A DNA stretch of 63,498 bases, the filler included, from Reticulomyxa filosa (lineage: Eukaryota > Protista > Foraminifera), in NCBI GenBank assembly GCA_000512085.1. It is 15 parts of 15 records of this genome, joined end to end, with 100 filler letters (N's around TTAATTAATTAA, not from the genome) between each part and the next. Parts side by side here need not be neighbours in the genome. Positions count along the whole stretch, not along the records: positions 1 to 12,447 come from ASPP01008054.1; 14 more parts are not named here. The stretch is one strand, 5' to 3'. Shown in pieces: positions 1 through 12,447 of this stretch (positions are counted from its first letter, which is position 1; each line of letters begins with the position of its first letter). A program made the position numbers and the translations under genes. The notes below the pieces were generated by a model, which had not been told where the DNA came from, made no database searches, and saw only the letters and a program-made list of their open reading frames with translations.

Positions 1-4
1 AAAA

Positions 5-43
<39 letters not shown>

Positions 44-144
44 ATCGAGTTAGAAAGGAAGTGTTATTGCATTTATATGTAATATAAATGTACGTTGATT
101 ATATATGTATATATGTATACGTGTGTGCATGTATGTATCTACAG

Positions 145-1046
145 CACGCGTCAAATAAGTTTCAGTCCGCGCTGAGTCATTTTAACAACGAATTGAAAAA
201 CAGACAAAAGCGCCAAATCGGACATATCGACAAGAAATTGTCCGAAGAAGAAATTGACTCCTTGGTTGGTGATCCTCAAAGGGCTCAAATTTATATCAAG
301 CAATCGTTTCAACTTGTTGATGTTGGCGATGGTTTGTAGCTATGTTATTCGATATATGTTTATATGTATATGTGCATATGATTTTATTTCCTCCTTACGG
401 CATTCGATTAGATACTATGCTGAGTGAAAGAGGACAAGGAGGAGAGGAAGGGGAAGGAAAAGTGTTTTTTTTTTTAAAAAAAAAAAAAAAGAAAAAATGT
501 CAATCAAGATTAAAATCTCAATCCAATCGCTTTTCAACGGAGTACATTTTTTATTTTTTTAAAAAAATAAAAATTGATTGTTTTTGTTTGTTAAATACCA
601 ATGCCATGGGGTCATCAAAAAAAAAAATAAAAACAAAAATAAATCCAGCGATGTTGGACAGATTAAATGAAATCGAGTCACGGACACAAGGGATGATGAA
701 AATTTATGAGAGCTTAGAAGAGCTCCGTACGATGTGGCATGAACTAAATTTTTTGATATCGGCACAACAGGAGTATTTAGATTCCATTGAAAACAACGTC
801 GAACAAACGAAACATTATGTTGCTCAAGCTACTATCCATTTGGGTAAAGCAGAAAAAAGCCAAAAAACTTCCAGAAAAGTTGAGCCTTTTTTTATTGTTG
901 TTTTCTTTCCTTTGGTATTTGTAAAAAAAAAAAAAAATACTTGTGATTTTGAATAGCTGAAATGCTGCCTTTTGTGCGGATGTCTTGTTGCTTTGGTTAT
1001 TATATTTGCTCTACTTGGAGGCTTGAAAGTGTTTTCTAATGCCTGA
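145..1046 (+). CDS. Syntaxin (Qa-SNARE), 3' part; 5' end outside the window
   Basis: Exons ~145-331, ~649-879 and 957-1046. SNARE motif ...LEELRTMWHELNFLISAQQEYLDSIENNVEQTKHYV..., then a last exon LKCCLLCGCLVALVIIFALLGGLKVFSNA* forming a C-terminal TM anchor. Confidence 0.85.
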
Positions 1047-1994
1047 TCGAAATCAATGCAATTAATCATTAACAATCGGACTAAAATAATACTACTACAA
1101 ATAATAAAATAATAATAAAATTAATTAATTAAATAAAAATAAAAACAAAATTTAAATTAAAAAAAATTACTATGATTATTATTTTGTCACAGACCCAAAC
1201 AAAAAATCAATTGGGGATGGCTAGGGGGTTTAGGGCTTGTGTTCATATTTAGTTGTATTAGTGTTTTTTCAACATACATACCATTTCTTCCGTCCAACAA
1301 CTTAATAATCATACCAAACATTTTTTGGTCTCTGTTTTTGTGAGGAAATGTTTCCTTTCGAATCCGCTTTTTGTGATCTTTTTAATCTAAGTTTGTTTGG
1401 TTTTATTTTTCTTCTTCACATATGGCAATTTTTGTTTGCTTTGCCACTCGTTTTTGGCTTGTTTTTGGATACATTTTCTTGCTCCATCCCATTGCAATAA
1501 CTGTCGTCCGTACTGTTAGCCTCGTTTTTGCTTGTTTAACTTGCGATGCTATTTTTCGGAATAATCGCTTTCATATCCACGTTTTTGGCTTTTTCCTTTC
1601 CATCTACGTGATGTTTTCTGTTATTCGCTGCATAGATGGGAAATACTTTTTGATTTTGCAAATAGTAAGATAAAAACAAAGAGTATTTTCACGGATTCAA
1701 TTGTCTATTGTGTATATTATACAATATTTTTAATACAGATTGAGTTATTTCACAATTTAATTCTAAAAGGTAAGAAACTTTGAAATAAGTCGAACTTAAC
1801 AAGTGTACCATTTAAATTGATATGTGGCTTGTAATATATATGTTTTAACAAGCTAAAGTCTTGTCAAATTCCAATACAAATAGACCACCGCTCCAAAAAC
1901 ATAAATTGCAACATTAAAATACCAACTATCCACAATTGGTTTGTGTAAAAGAACTGCCTTAAGTCATGGGGGGAGCGAAAGCAAAAAAAAGATT

Positions 1995-3599
1995 ATGCTC
2001 GCGCTGTTAATTCTTTTATATTTTAGTATTATCACTTCTTTCTCAACTGAATGCAACTATGTGAGCTTGCAACAATGGCAGATCTATCCATTAGGAAAAT
2101 GTTTTTCCTTAAATTATACTACTTTTCTACCGTTTCCCTATAGCACAATGTACGGTTGTCGTAGTAACTCTCCAGAGGATCTTCCGTACAACGACGTATG
2201 GACTAAAAACTTGGACTGTTCAGGGAAACCATCTTATCGTTTTTTGTGGAACGTGACCTCCAAAGGTGCCAATCCAAAAAAAAAAAAAAAAAGAGGGCGA
2301 CAAAAAGGGAAACAAAACAGTGACGAAAAAGAGACAAAAATAAAACAAAAAAATGCCAATAATAAAATAACGAAACAACATGTGAAATAGAATGTGAAAA
2401 AACAACTTGTAATGTGATCAAGTATGTGGATTATCTTGATACAAAGCGTCCACGTTGTAGTAACTACAGTTTGTAATCGTCATACAAATAACTAAATTAT
2501 ATATGTACATATTATGTATATATATTGTATATCTAGTATTCGTGTGTTTCTTTTTCATTTGCAATTTTTTTTTTAAAAAAAAAGGACCGACAATTTACAA
2601 TTTAACGTATGTCGTCGAAAAAGAATGTGTGCTATTGTCGGAAAGTCAAAGTTGGTATCACATCTATACGTACACGCCAAACACGCTGCTCTACTCGATT
2701 TACGACAATCCTTCGTGTTCTGGTGTGTCTCTTTTTGACGGACCTTTCTTCAATGGGTGTAATGCCTATATCAATACTTCACATGACATTCAGTACCGAT
2801 TGTTAAACATTCAAAGTTATTATTATTTTTTTAAAAAAAAAAGCGCTTGCTATGCATATTTTTTTTTTCTTTATGTATGTATACATACATGTGTATATGT
2901 ATATAATATGCATATGTATATGTAATGGCCAATGATCAAAAAGGCGAAGCTACAGAGACGACAGATACTCCAGAAAGTAGCGGGGGCAACAATGGATGGA
3001 AGGTACCCGTGATAGTTGTCGCTAGTGTGTTGGGGGCTGTAGCAATTGGTCTATTATTGTGTTTGTGTTGTAGAATCCAAGAAAGCAGCACAGCCAATGA
3101 AGATGCGACGTTTGCTGAAAATGATGTACCAATCATCTCGACGCAGTCACAATTATCAGACCAAGTTTTGTTTTAGGATTACTTTTTACTACATTCATCT
3201 TTTTTTTTTAAAAAAAAAAAATGGACCTTCGCTTCCCCTTTTTTTTATCAATCCCAATAATGAACCTTTTTTAAAAAAATAATAATTCAGGGCGATGAAA
3301 CACAAAAGCGGGCGCAGCAGGAAGCTGTTGAACTGACTTCAATACAACTAACTCCAGATATGTATCAGCAAGAAAAAGAGGTGTCACTTTGGAAGCAAAA
3401 AGATGTACACTTGTGGCTAGTGAAGACAGTTCAATTGCCGCACTATGTGGCACAGTTTAGTAAAAATAATATCACTGGAAAGGTTTTGCTCACCTTAGAA
3501 GACAACGATTTAAAAGAAAAACTGAATATCACTTCTTTAGAAGATCGCAAAAAAATCTTGTTTGAACTTCAAGAGCTTAAAAGACATAAAAATATCTAA
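1995..3599 (+). CDS. Type I single-pass membrane protein: signal peptide, Cys-containing ectodomain, TM helix, cytoplasmic SAM domain
   Basis: Signal MLALLILLYFSIITSFS and TM VPVIVVASVLGAVAIGLLLCLCC. After an intron (acceptor ttcag at 3290) the frame GDETQKRAQQEAVELTSIQLTPD runs in frame into MYQQEKEVSLWKQKDVHLWL...YVAQFSKNNITGKVLLTLEDNDLKEKLNITSLEDRKKIL, a SAM consensus. Confidence 0.75.
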
Positions 3600-4039
3600 A
3601 TCGCAATTACGATTTGAATCACTTCCTCTTGTTCGTTTCTTTCTATCTTTTGTCTGCGCTCATTGTTTTGTCATTGGAATCTAATTTTCGTTTTTGGCCA
3701 TTTATTGTTATTATTACTATTATTTTGTAGTTGTTTTGTGTTGAGGGTGTTCCTATTTTCTTTTGAGTCTTTTTTAGTTTTTTTCCTCCAAACATCCATG
3801 AAATTCTTGTGCTAATGATATTTTATGAAAGTTTGGCCAATTACTTTTGAGGAATAAAAGTAACTTCAGTGTTGTACGAAGCATCAACGCAGTCTTTAAA
3901 GTTGTTGATGAAAATTAGAAAACTCTACCAAGTAGGACGAAAGAGAAGGAAGATACTTGGGGAGAAAACTTTAATTTTTGTTAAAACTTTTCTAGTTTTT
4001 ATATATAAGCATTGCAAACACTTGTTGCGCTATTAATTT

Positions 4040-6210
4040 TTATCGTTGCCATAATCGAATTTTTGTATCACGAGAACAAGAAACAATTGTTTTACTGTCA
4101 GGTGAAATATCTATTCCCGTTACAATTCGTGAGTGTCCTTTCAATTTTTGTATCTCTACGCCCAGTTGAACATCCCACAAGGAAATTGAACCATCACTCG
4201 AGTATGATACGATAGTTTGACCATCGAGTGAGAATTTTGCATCAATTATATCGTGTGTGTGCCTCTTTAATCTCTTAATTTCTTTTTCGGATATTACATC
4301 CCATATTCGAATTGTTTTATCAAGTGAACATGACACAATAAAGCGACTATCTGAAGAAAACTTGGCACTTGTCACAATGTTAAGATTGTCGCCCAATTGG
4401 TGTAGCTTTTGATATGATCTTACGTTCCAAATTGAAATTGAAGTGTCATTAAATGCCGATGCAATAGTTTGACCATCTGGTGAAAATTGCAAATCGTGTA
4501 TCTCTGAATATCCGAATAGTATTTTTATCATTTGTCCAGATTTTACATCCCATAACAGGATTATTTTCGATGATCCAGATGCGATAATACTGCCATCTGG
4601 TGAAAATTGGACAGTTTTTATAATGTCTATATGACCTTCTAGCTTTTTAATCTCTGAATTTGATTTTATATTCCATAATCTTATTGTCTTGTCTTCTGAG
4701 AAAACAAGCATGTTGCCATCTGGTGAAAATTGTGCATTACTTATTTTTGTCGAATTTCGTTTCAAAATTTGAATTTCATTCCCCGAATTGACATCCCATA
4801 TTCGAATAGTTTGATCATCAGCAGATGAAACAAGTTGGGAACCATTTGGTGAAAATTTTATACTATTCACGTAAGCTGAATGCCCTTGAAGAACTTTTAA
4901 AGGTGTGCAATATTTTATCTGTGTCACGTTTGAACTGTTGTTATGAAAGAAATGATCCAAACAAACACATGGCATACCAGCAGATATTGAGCAACAATCT
5001 TGTTAAAATCCTCAATCCACCCTAGTTTGATGGATACCGATCGAAGCCAATGTGCAACTGTCGCTTCAATCTCTTTGTGCATCTGTTTTTGTATTTGTAA
5101 TTGTCAATATCGCATCATCTAATTATTTAATTTAAAAATAACTTTCAGTTTTTTCAAATCAAATTCTTGCATCGCTTCAATTTCTTTATTGATCGCTTTA
5201 ATCTTTTTCCTCTCTTTCTCTTCCCAAATCCATTTTCTTTCACTTTCTGTCTCTTCTTTCATCCATTCTTTTGCATTCACTTTCATGTGTATTTGCATTG
5301 AGGGTATACTTAATATATGCACATAAGCATTGTCTTCATCAAATATTGCGACATAATCAACAAATTTAATAGGTAGCATGTGTTCAAATTTCATCCATTT
5401 GTCTTCCATTATTGAATACTTATATACTTCATTTTTTTGATCTGTATAACCACTCGGCTCACCGAAAAATAAGATAACATCATAATCACTTAGATAACAA
5501 TAAGTCTTAAAATAAGGAATGATTTCACAAATTTGTAACTTGTGATAATGCAGTGTGTTACTGTCCTCATTATATTCAATTGATAACCCTGTCTCTCCAC
5601 TAAATAATATCATTTTGTTAGTCTTTTTCCCTGTGTTTGCATCACTGTCACTCCTTGCTACAAAGCAATGGAAGCTTAAATCACTGCCATAAGCACTTGG
5701 CAAAAAATCGCGTTTGATATACTGAAATGTATCCAAATCGAGTACATAAATATTATTCTGACAAGTAATAAATAACAAATGATTGTTGCTTCCACCAAGT
5801 ACTGCACGCACTCCTTCATACTCGTTTCTTTTTTTAAGAATTGATTTGTCCTTGTTGTTTTTCAAAGGAAACCATTTATTGCAATCTTCTTTTTCAGTTT
5901 CACTTATTTTTTCATCATCACTCCAAACACTTGCATACTTCATCACCAATACATGGTTATAAAATCCACCGAAGGACAACAAAGTAATATAATTTGGATT
6001 GCTATTGTCTACACGCTTAACCACGCAATGTCCACGCAAGGAAATATAAGCTGGATAATCACAGATGTGCTTCAGTTGGTTCTTCAGTGTGTGGTAAGAA
6101 TAACACTTATTATTTTGAAAACCACCACAAATAAGAATTTCATGATTGTGTGTCACGTATTGGACATTTGGAAATGATATTGGCAAAGGAGGTAATAGTT
6201 CAAAGTCCAT
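4040..6210 (-). CDS. Kelch-like propeller + linker exon + WD40 repeat protein
   Basis: Exon 1 (6210-~5143) is Kelch-like (HEILICGG, GHCVV, RAVLGG, ILFFG). Mini-exon 5082-4978 reads MHKEIEATVAHWLRSVSIKLGWIEDFNKIVAQYLL. The last exon has about 7 WD40 repeats (GH...FSPDG...D.TIRIWD). Confidence 0.85.
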
Positions 6211-6622
6211 TTTAAATTTAACACAATGGGATTAACCGAACTTTCGGGGTCAAGAAATCCGTGCGCTAGTGTTTTGATGGACGCAGATCATTTGAAATTG
6301 TGAATCTGTTCGAACGTGTTACTAAACCACCTACCTAGTATTGGCCAAGATATTTAATTTTATCATGTTTTTTATCATTTATCGGTTTTTCACCATATGT
6401 GATAAGATTTCGTTGTATTGTTGTCTACGTGGTACAGAAGCAAATACACGTTTGACCAATGGCTAGCAAAGAAGAGCGTCTTATAGGGATTTTACCAAAC
6501 AAAAGGCGACTGTGTCAAAAGACAAAGGCTTTGGCCACATTGATATAGTAGTTTTTTCTTTTAAATCTAGGGGTTATACGAAATTATTTATATTTATTTC
6601 AACTTGCATCCCAAAAGCGATA

Positions 6623-7694
6623 ATGAGTGTAGATACATCTAGAACAGTGAAGATTCAAATACACGGCTATGAGAAGAAACCAATCATTGCAGCTTCAGCC
6701 GATACGACGATCCCAGACCTTGAAGCGCAAGTTAAGAGAAAGAGTGCATGTAAAAACTCTAGTGGAAAAGGAGGAAAAATAAAGTTGAAACAAATGAACA
6801 GGTGCATCGCACAATTCGTTCAGAAACAAACGGAACTTATCCACGTTCCAAGAACATTCGCCTCTTGTGCAACAAGACAAAAGAACCAGTAACAATAGGA
6901 CAAGTCGGGGGGAAATATGGACCTGTGGCTCCTCACGGCACCATTAATTGCTGGATTTCCTCCGCAAATCTGAGCAGTGAAAGTGTCATCTCTGTGACTG
7001 TGGAAGAACCAATTGAGGTTGAATTTATCTACCCAAAGGACCTTGCCGCAAAAAAGTCGAATCATCTTCCAACAAAAAAAGATGTCTTTCCTTCTGATAA
7101 CCTAGTCGTTATGATTTGTATATGTATATGTGTATACGTATATATGTATTAGTCCTGTTTGTTTTTTTTTTTGCAACTTTGAACAAAATGTGTTGCTTGG
7201 AACAGTATGACACAATTGCAGTTGCAACCGAAAAAGGGTGCATGCCAAGCTGCGTACAGTTTGAAAAAAACGAAAACAATTGTCTATCTTTGAGAGTTTG
7301 GGGGATCAAGCAATTGCAAAAAATGACAAAATCACCGTCAAGTTGTATGACGTATCATATCGAGGCAAAGGAATGCAGATTTTTGTCAAAGTTTTGTTGT
7401 TTTTTTTCAATTAATTAAAAATTAAAAAAATTTAAACTGTTGTTAACATTGTATCCCCTTTTTTAAAAAAACTACTTGAAGACATTGACAGGAAAAACGA
7501 TAACACTAGACGTTGCCCAAGCAGAGGCAATGCTCGATCTTAGAATGAAAATTTGTGAAAAAGAGGGTATCCCACTTGATCAACAAAGACTGATATTTGC
7601 TGGCCGACAATTGACTTGGAATGGCACCTTGGCGGATTATAACATCCAAAGAGAGTCAACTCTGCATTTGATCCTTCGTTTACGTGGTTCTTAA
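6623..7694 (+). CDS. Multi-ubiquitin-like domain protein ending in a ubiquitin-like domain with an RLRGS terminus
   Basis: Spliced MQIFVK|[11 protein letters not shown]...[17 protein letters not shown]...[22 protein letters not shown]. Upstream exons look like two more divergent beta-grasp domains. A 1-nt shift in an A-run near 7264-7277 is needed to keep frame. Confidence 0.75.
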
Positions 7695-8868
7695 ATGGTT
7701 TACTTTTTTTTTTGCTTGGAAATTTGCCCAAATATATGAAAAGGTTAACAATACAAATTACCGTTTTCTAGTGCTTTTTTTTTTTGCATTGAAAAAATTG
7801 TTATGCATCTTTGAAAAATTTTATGATTTGATGAATTCATGAACGAAAATTTTATTGATCATCAAGGAGAAAGCTTTTTTCAAATTTTTTCTCATTTTGT
7901 GACCCATCCAAATGATTGATGTATACACTTGAAACATTGTGGTTGACACAAGAAGTTAATAAACTTCGGCAGCAAGGCACTATATCGGGTTTCAAACAGT
8001 GTACGTTGCAAACAGAAAAAAAGAAATTAACAGAGGCAAAACTGCATTTATTACAACGATCACCAGTTTTGTAATCCTAGGAAGTACGATGCAAAAAAAC
8101 AAATGCTCAGCATGAATAGCGCAAACAATAGAGTTAAGAGAGTAATTAGTAAAAACACTGGATTGCCAAATTGAGCCAAAATTGTTTCATCCCCAAGATT
8201 TGCTCCTACATGAAATGTCTGTTGATAATATACTCCTTCTACACCACTTCATGCTGAGTCTTTCCAATTAATTGGAAGAAGATCCGATTTTTAAGTTTAT
8301 AACTTAACTTTAAGGCTTTTTTGCTAAAAAGAATTTTTTCAAGTGTCAGTTATATGAGTTTACATTTTGAAATTTCTTTACGAATAAACATATGGTCGTC
8401 TTGAATCCTTTGAAATGTTTAAGGAAAATACTCTCGCAGTGATGAAACTAAGGATCAGGGACAAGCAAACAAGTCAAGAATTTCGTCTGCTTTACATGTT
8501 TGCGTGTAATATTTTATTCCAACTTCCTATCTTATGCTTGTCTTTATGCTGAAGATGCACAAAACAGCTAAAGACGAAAGCGTGCCAATGAGAAAAACGC
8601 ATAAAAGAAACACAACAGAACGAAACAAAACAAAAATAGAAAAAAGGAACAAAGAAAAAAAATAGCCAGCATATACCAAACACTTTTCATGTTCTTTTTT
8701 TTGTTGTTGGAGAGGACTCTAAGGAAGTACCTTGCAATACCTACACAAGATCACAGGTCATCACATCCACCAAAGACAAGAAAAGAGGAGGGGAAGAAAA
8801 AAAAACAAACCAAAAACAAACAAACAAAAAAAAAGAATAGAAACAAACAAAAAAAAATTTTTTAATTT

Positions 8869-10963
8869 CTATTTAAAATCAATGGAATCTCGTGTTTCAA
8901 TTGGTAAGGTCAGTTCAAGAAATTCTTCCGTTTTGGAGCCTCTTTTTCCAAGAAATGCTTGTCTTTTTCTGTCCATTGCCACAGGGGTGGATTGTTCAGG
9001 CTGTATTGTTGTATTGTCAGTAAGAAAAATGTTTACACTCCAAGGATATATGGATATATACATATGTACATATATAAAAGAATTGAAACTTTGTCATCCT
9101 TATAAAACTTGCCCAAAGTTTTAGAGTCGGATTCGAAAACCCCCATGGAACTGCGATGTAGTTTGCGACGCACAACCGTCTCTTTAAATTTGTTTTGAGC
9201 CATTTTGAAAGCTTTCTTTGTGGAAGAGACCTTCCAAGTGAGATTTAAAATATCGTCAGTAGTTTTGCGTTGTCTGGGATTTCTTTCCAACAATCCACGA
9301 ACCAAGTTCACAATGTCACTGCTGACGTGTTGCCAATCTTCTTCATCAAACAATACCTCTCCAAACATTATATGATCATAAACCTACAAATAGCATATTT
9401 ATTTATAATAATAATAAGTTGAAATAATAATAAATAAATAAATAAATAAATAAATAGATACAATAACCTCTTTGTCAGTGTCCCCCCAGAAAGGAGGATA
9501 TCCACATAACAAAATATACATAATAACCCCAACACTCCAATCGTCGACTTTTTCATTGTAACCTTTTTGTTTGAATATTTCAGGCGCCATATAATTCAAT
9601 GTGCCCACTTTGGTCCTCATGTTGATGTCTTCTTTCTGGTCATTCGAAAAGATTTTCGAAATGCCAAAATCCGCAATTTTCACGCGTTTTATCGACTTTG
9701 GGTACACACACAATATATTCTCCGGTTTCAAGTCACGATGCACGATTCCACACTCGTGCATATACTTCACACCTTTGGCAATCTGATGAATCACGTGGCA
9801 AGAGTCTTCCTCCGTGTAATGATCTCCGTCCAAACTGGCAATTTGATCGAACAATTCACCCCCTTGGCAGCTGATGATAAGAAAGTATACACATATATAC
9901 ATGTATATAAATAAATAAATAAATATATATATATTTATTTATTTATTAGGTATATATGTATATACATCTATTTTCAAAATACTAATAATAAAAAAAATTG
10001 TAAAGTTTTTGGTGTAATCCACTTCATTACATATATGCTTTCTTCGTATGTGCCAAAGGTTATGTAATATATGTATATGCATATGTTTTACTTAACAATT
10101 CCATAACCACATACAAATACTTTCGATTTTCAAAAAGATTATATAATTGCACAATGTATGGATTTTCCAACTTTTTCAAGATTTGAATTTCTGTCCGAAG
10201 AGACTTTTTGTCGCACAATCTCTTGTCTACTATTTTTATTGCACAGCGTTGGTTCGACACACGATGTCGTGCCTCGACCACTTTGTTGTTTTGGGTTTCA
10301 CTCACGCCCAGAGTTCGCAAAAACCTTTTTTTTTTAACTTAATAATTTATTTTTTTTTCCTTGTCTTTCCTCCCCCCCCTCTTTTCTTCTCTCTCTCTTT
10401 CAAAAAAAAAAAAAATTGGGTGTGTACGTATAGTCAGGAATTTTGTTGCTGTGCACGCGCGCAAAGTTTTAAATCAACTTCTTGAAAAAAAAAGAGAGGG
10501 AGATATTTATATACATGCATATGATGGAACCAAGGGGACAAGGAAAAATGTTTGTTGTCGTTTTGGTATGTAAAAAAAACTTGTAGAGATCTTTGATGCT
10601 AAGATTGGATGCTTTTTCAATAGCTTCTGTCCATTGAATACATTGCTGAGGGGATGGCGCCCGTAAAAATAACTTCTTTTTTTTAATAAAAAGTTGAAAA
10701 GTCATATCTGTGCTTTGTATTGTTTTGCTCACATTCGACCCTTCCAGTAAATACACCATTTCCAATTTCTTGGATAGCTCTGTTTCACCACACAGCAAAT
10801 GGTTGTCTTTCAGTACGAAAAATCTCCTTTTCCACACTAAATCTGTGTCTGATCGAACATCTAAATACCCTTTACATGTATGGTCTGATGGATAGGCGGT
10901 GCTGGGGTCTATCTTACGCTCTTCAATCTCTGTTTCTGAAGCTGATGTATGCATTGATGACAT
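8869..10963 (-). CDS. PH domain + CaMK-group Ser/Thr kinase
   Basis: N-terminal PH domain (KGYL...WKRRFFVLKDNHL...LFLRAPS...QWTEAI). Kinase motifs AIK, GGELFD, HRDLKPEN, DFG, GTLNYMAPE, DDWSVGVIMYILLCGYPPF across about 5 exons. Confidence 0.9.
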
Positions 10964-11215
10964 GCTTTTTTTTTTTAATAATCCTGTCGTCTGCTTCCTT
11001 TTTTCGGAGTTCGTCACATGTATTTTTTTCACTTTCACTTTTTTCCTTCAATATGTTTCTTGTGCAAAGCGATATCTCATCTGGGAAAGAAAGTCCTTTT
11101 GGAGAGGCAAAATTAAACCACTTCTTGCGAAAAGACACATTTCTCTCCTGCATCTTGCAAAACCAAATCGCAAAAAAAGTTGGAACGGAAGGGTACGTCA
11201 CAAATAACATTGATC

Positions 11216-12392
11216 ATGGCAAATGTGAGGTGGTTGCAAAAGCAAAAGCAGAAATGGGAAAACGAAGCGAAAGCATATCCATATGTTTTGGCATTATATC
11301 CAACAAATGAAAGTAACTTGCTTTTGCCTTGGATGGTGAGTTTCCAAGGGCCAGACGGGACTCCTTACGAAAAGGGTATCTACAACATGGAGTTAAAAAT
11401 CCCTCCAGATATTCCGTTCCGCCCAACTAGAGGTTTTTTCCTCAATCCTCCATACGCCTTGAACATTGACCAGTCGTCAGGAGACAAGAAGGGGGAGTTG
11501 TGCCTGGACATTTTTAGGGATAGCTGGACTCCAGCATTGACCTTCGCACAAATCATTAGCCAGTGTTACACCGAAGTTTTTTTAAAAGGTTTTAAAAACT
11601 TGAAAAAATTTTTATTTTAAAAAAAAAAAAAAAAAATTTTTCGCTAAAAAAAAAAAAAAAAAAAAGGCGGGGTATTCAAAGCAGCCACTAGACACGAACA
11701 GTTCAATGCAATTGTTGTATAACTCAAGCCTTCCGAATTTTTTGCACCAAGCGAGCATAAGAAATCACGAAATAGCGAAAGGCCCTCCCCCTTGTTATTA
11801 TACATTTCCACAACTGACGAATGGGCGCTACAACGAAATGATTCAGTGCGTGATGACACAATGCTACGAGCAGTGGCAATTGCCTAAACACTTGATTGAA
11901 CAGATATTGCTTCCATTGATTGGCAGTCACAAAGAGAACTGTGGATTGTACAATTTTGACGATTGCGGCACCAACTTGATTGAATATTGGAACAAGCACT
12001 ATGGGGACTTGATTTTACCAGCTCCCAATGACATGACCGACAAAAAGCTATTGATGAAGCCTGTAACGCCCCCAGAGATCAAAAGACTGAAGGAGATAGG
12101 ATGCATGCAGATCTTTGTCAAAACTTTGACCGGTAAGACTTTGACACTTGCTTGCGAGCCCTCCATGACCATTGCCAATGTCAAAGACTTGATCCAATAT
12201 AACTACTATGACAACATGGACGCATCCGATCTCAGACTCATTTTCGCTGGAAAACGTCTCGAAGACGGACGCACTCTCGCCGATTACATGATCCAAAAGG
12301 AAAGCACTTTGCATCTCGTTTTTCGTCTTCGAGGTGGAGAATTAACCACTTTCGATTTGAAAAGCCAGCAAATGTTTTGCTTTTTTATATAA
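11216..12392 (+). CDS. Ubiquitin-conjugating (E2/UBC) domain fused to a ubiquitin-like domain; 3' end uncertain near the contig end
   Basis: E2 core [12 protein letters not shown]...P.DIPFRP...NID...[17 protein letters not shown]. After one intron the E2 C-terminal helices (QPLD...LLY...F...A) share an ORF with [12 protein letters not shown]...[35 protein letters not shown]. Confidence 0.8.
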
Positions 12393-12447
12393 TTGCATAT
12401 AACAAATATATTAACATATAACATATATATATATATATATATATATA

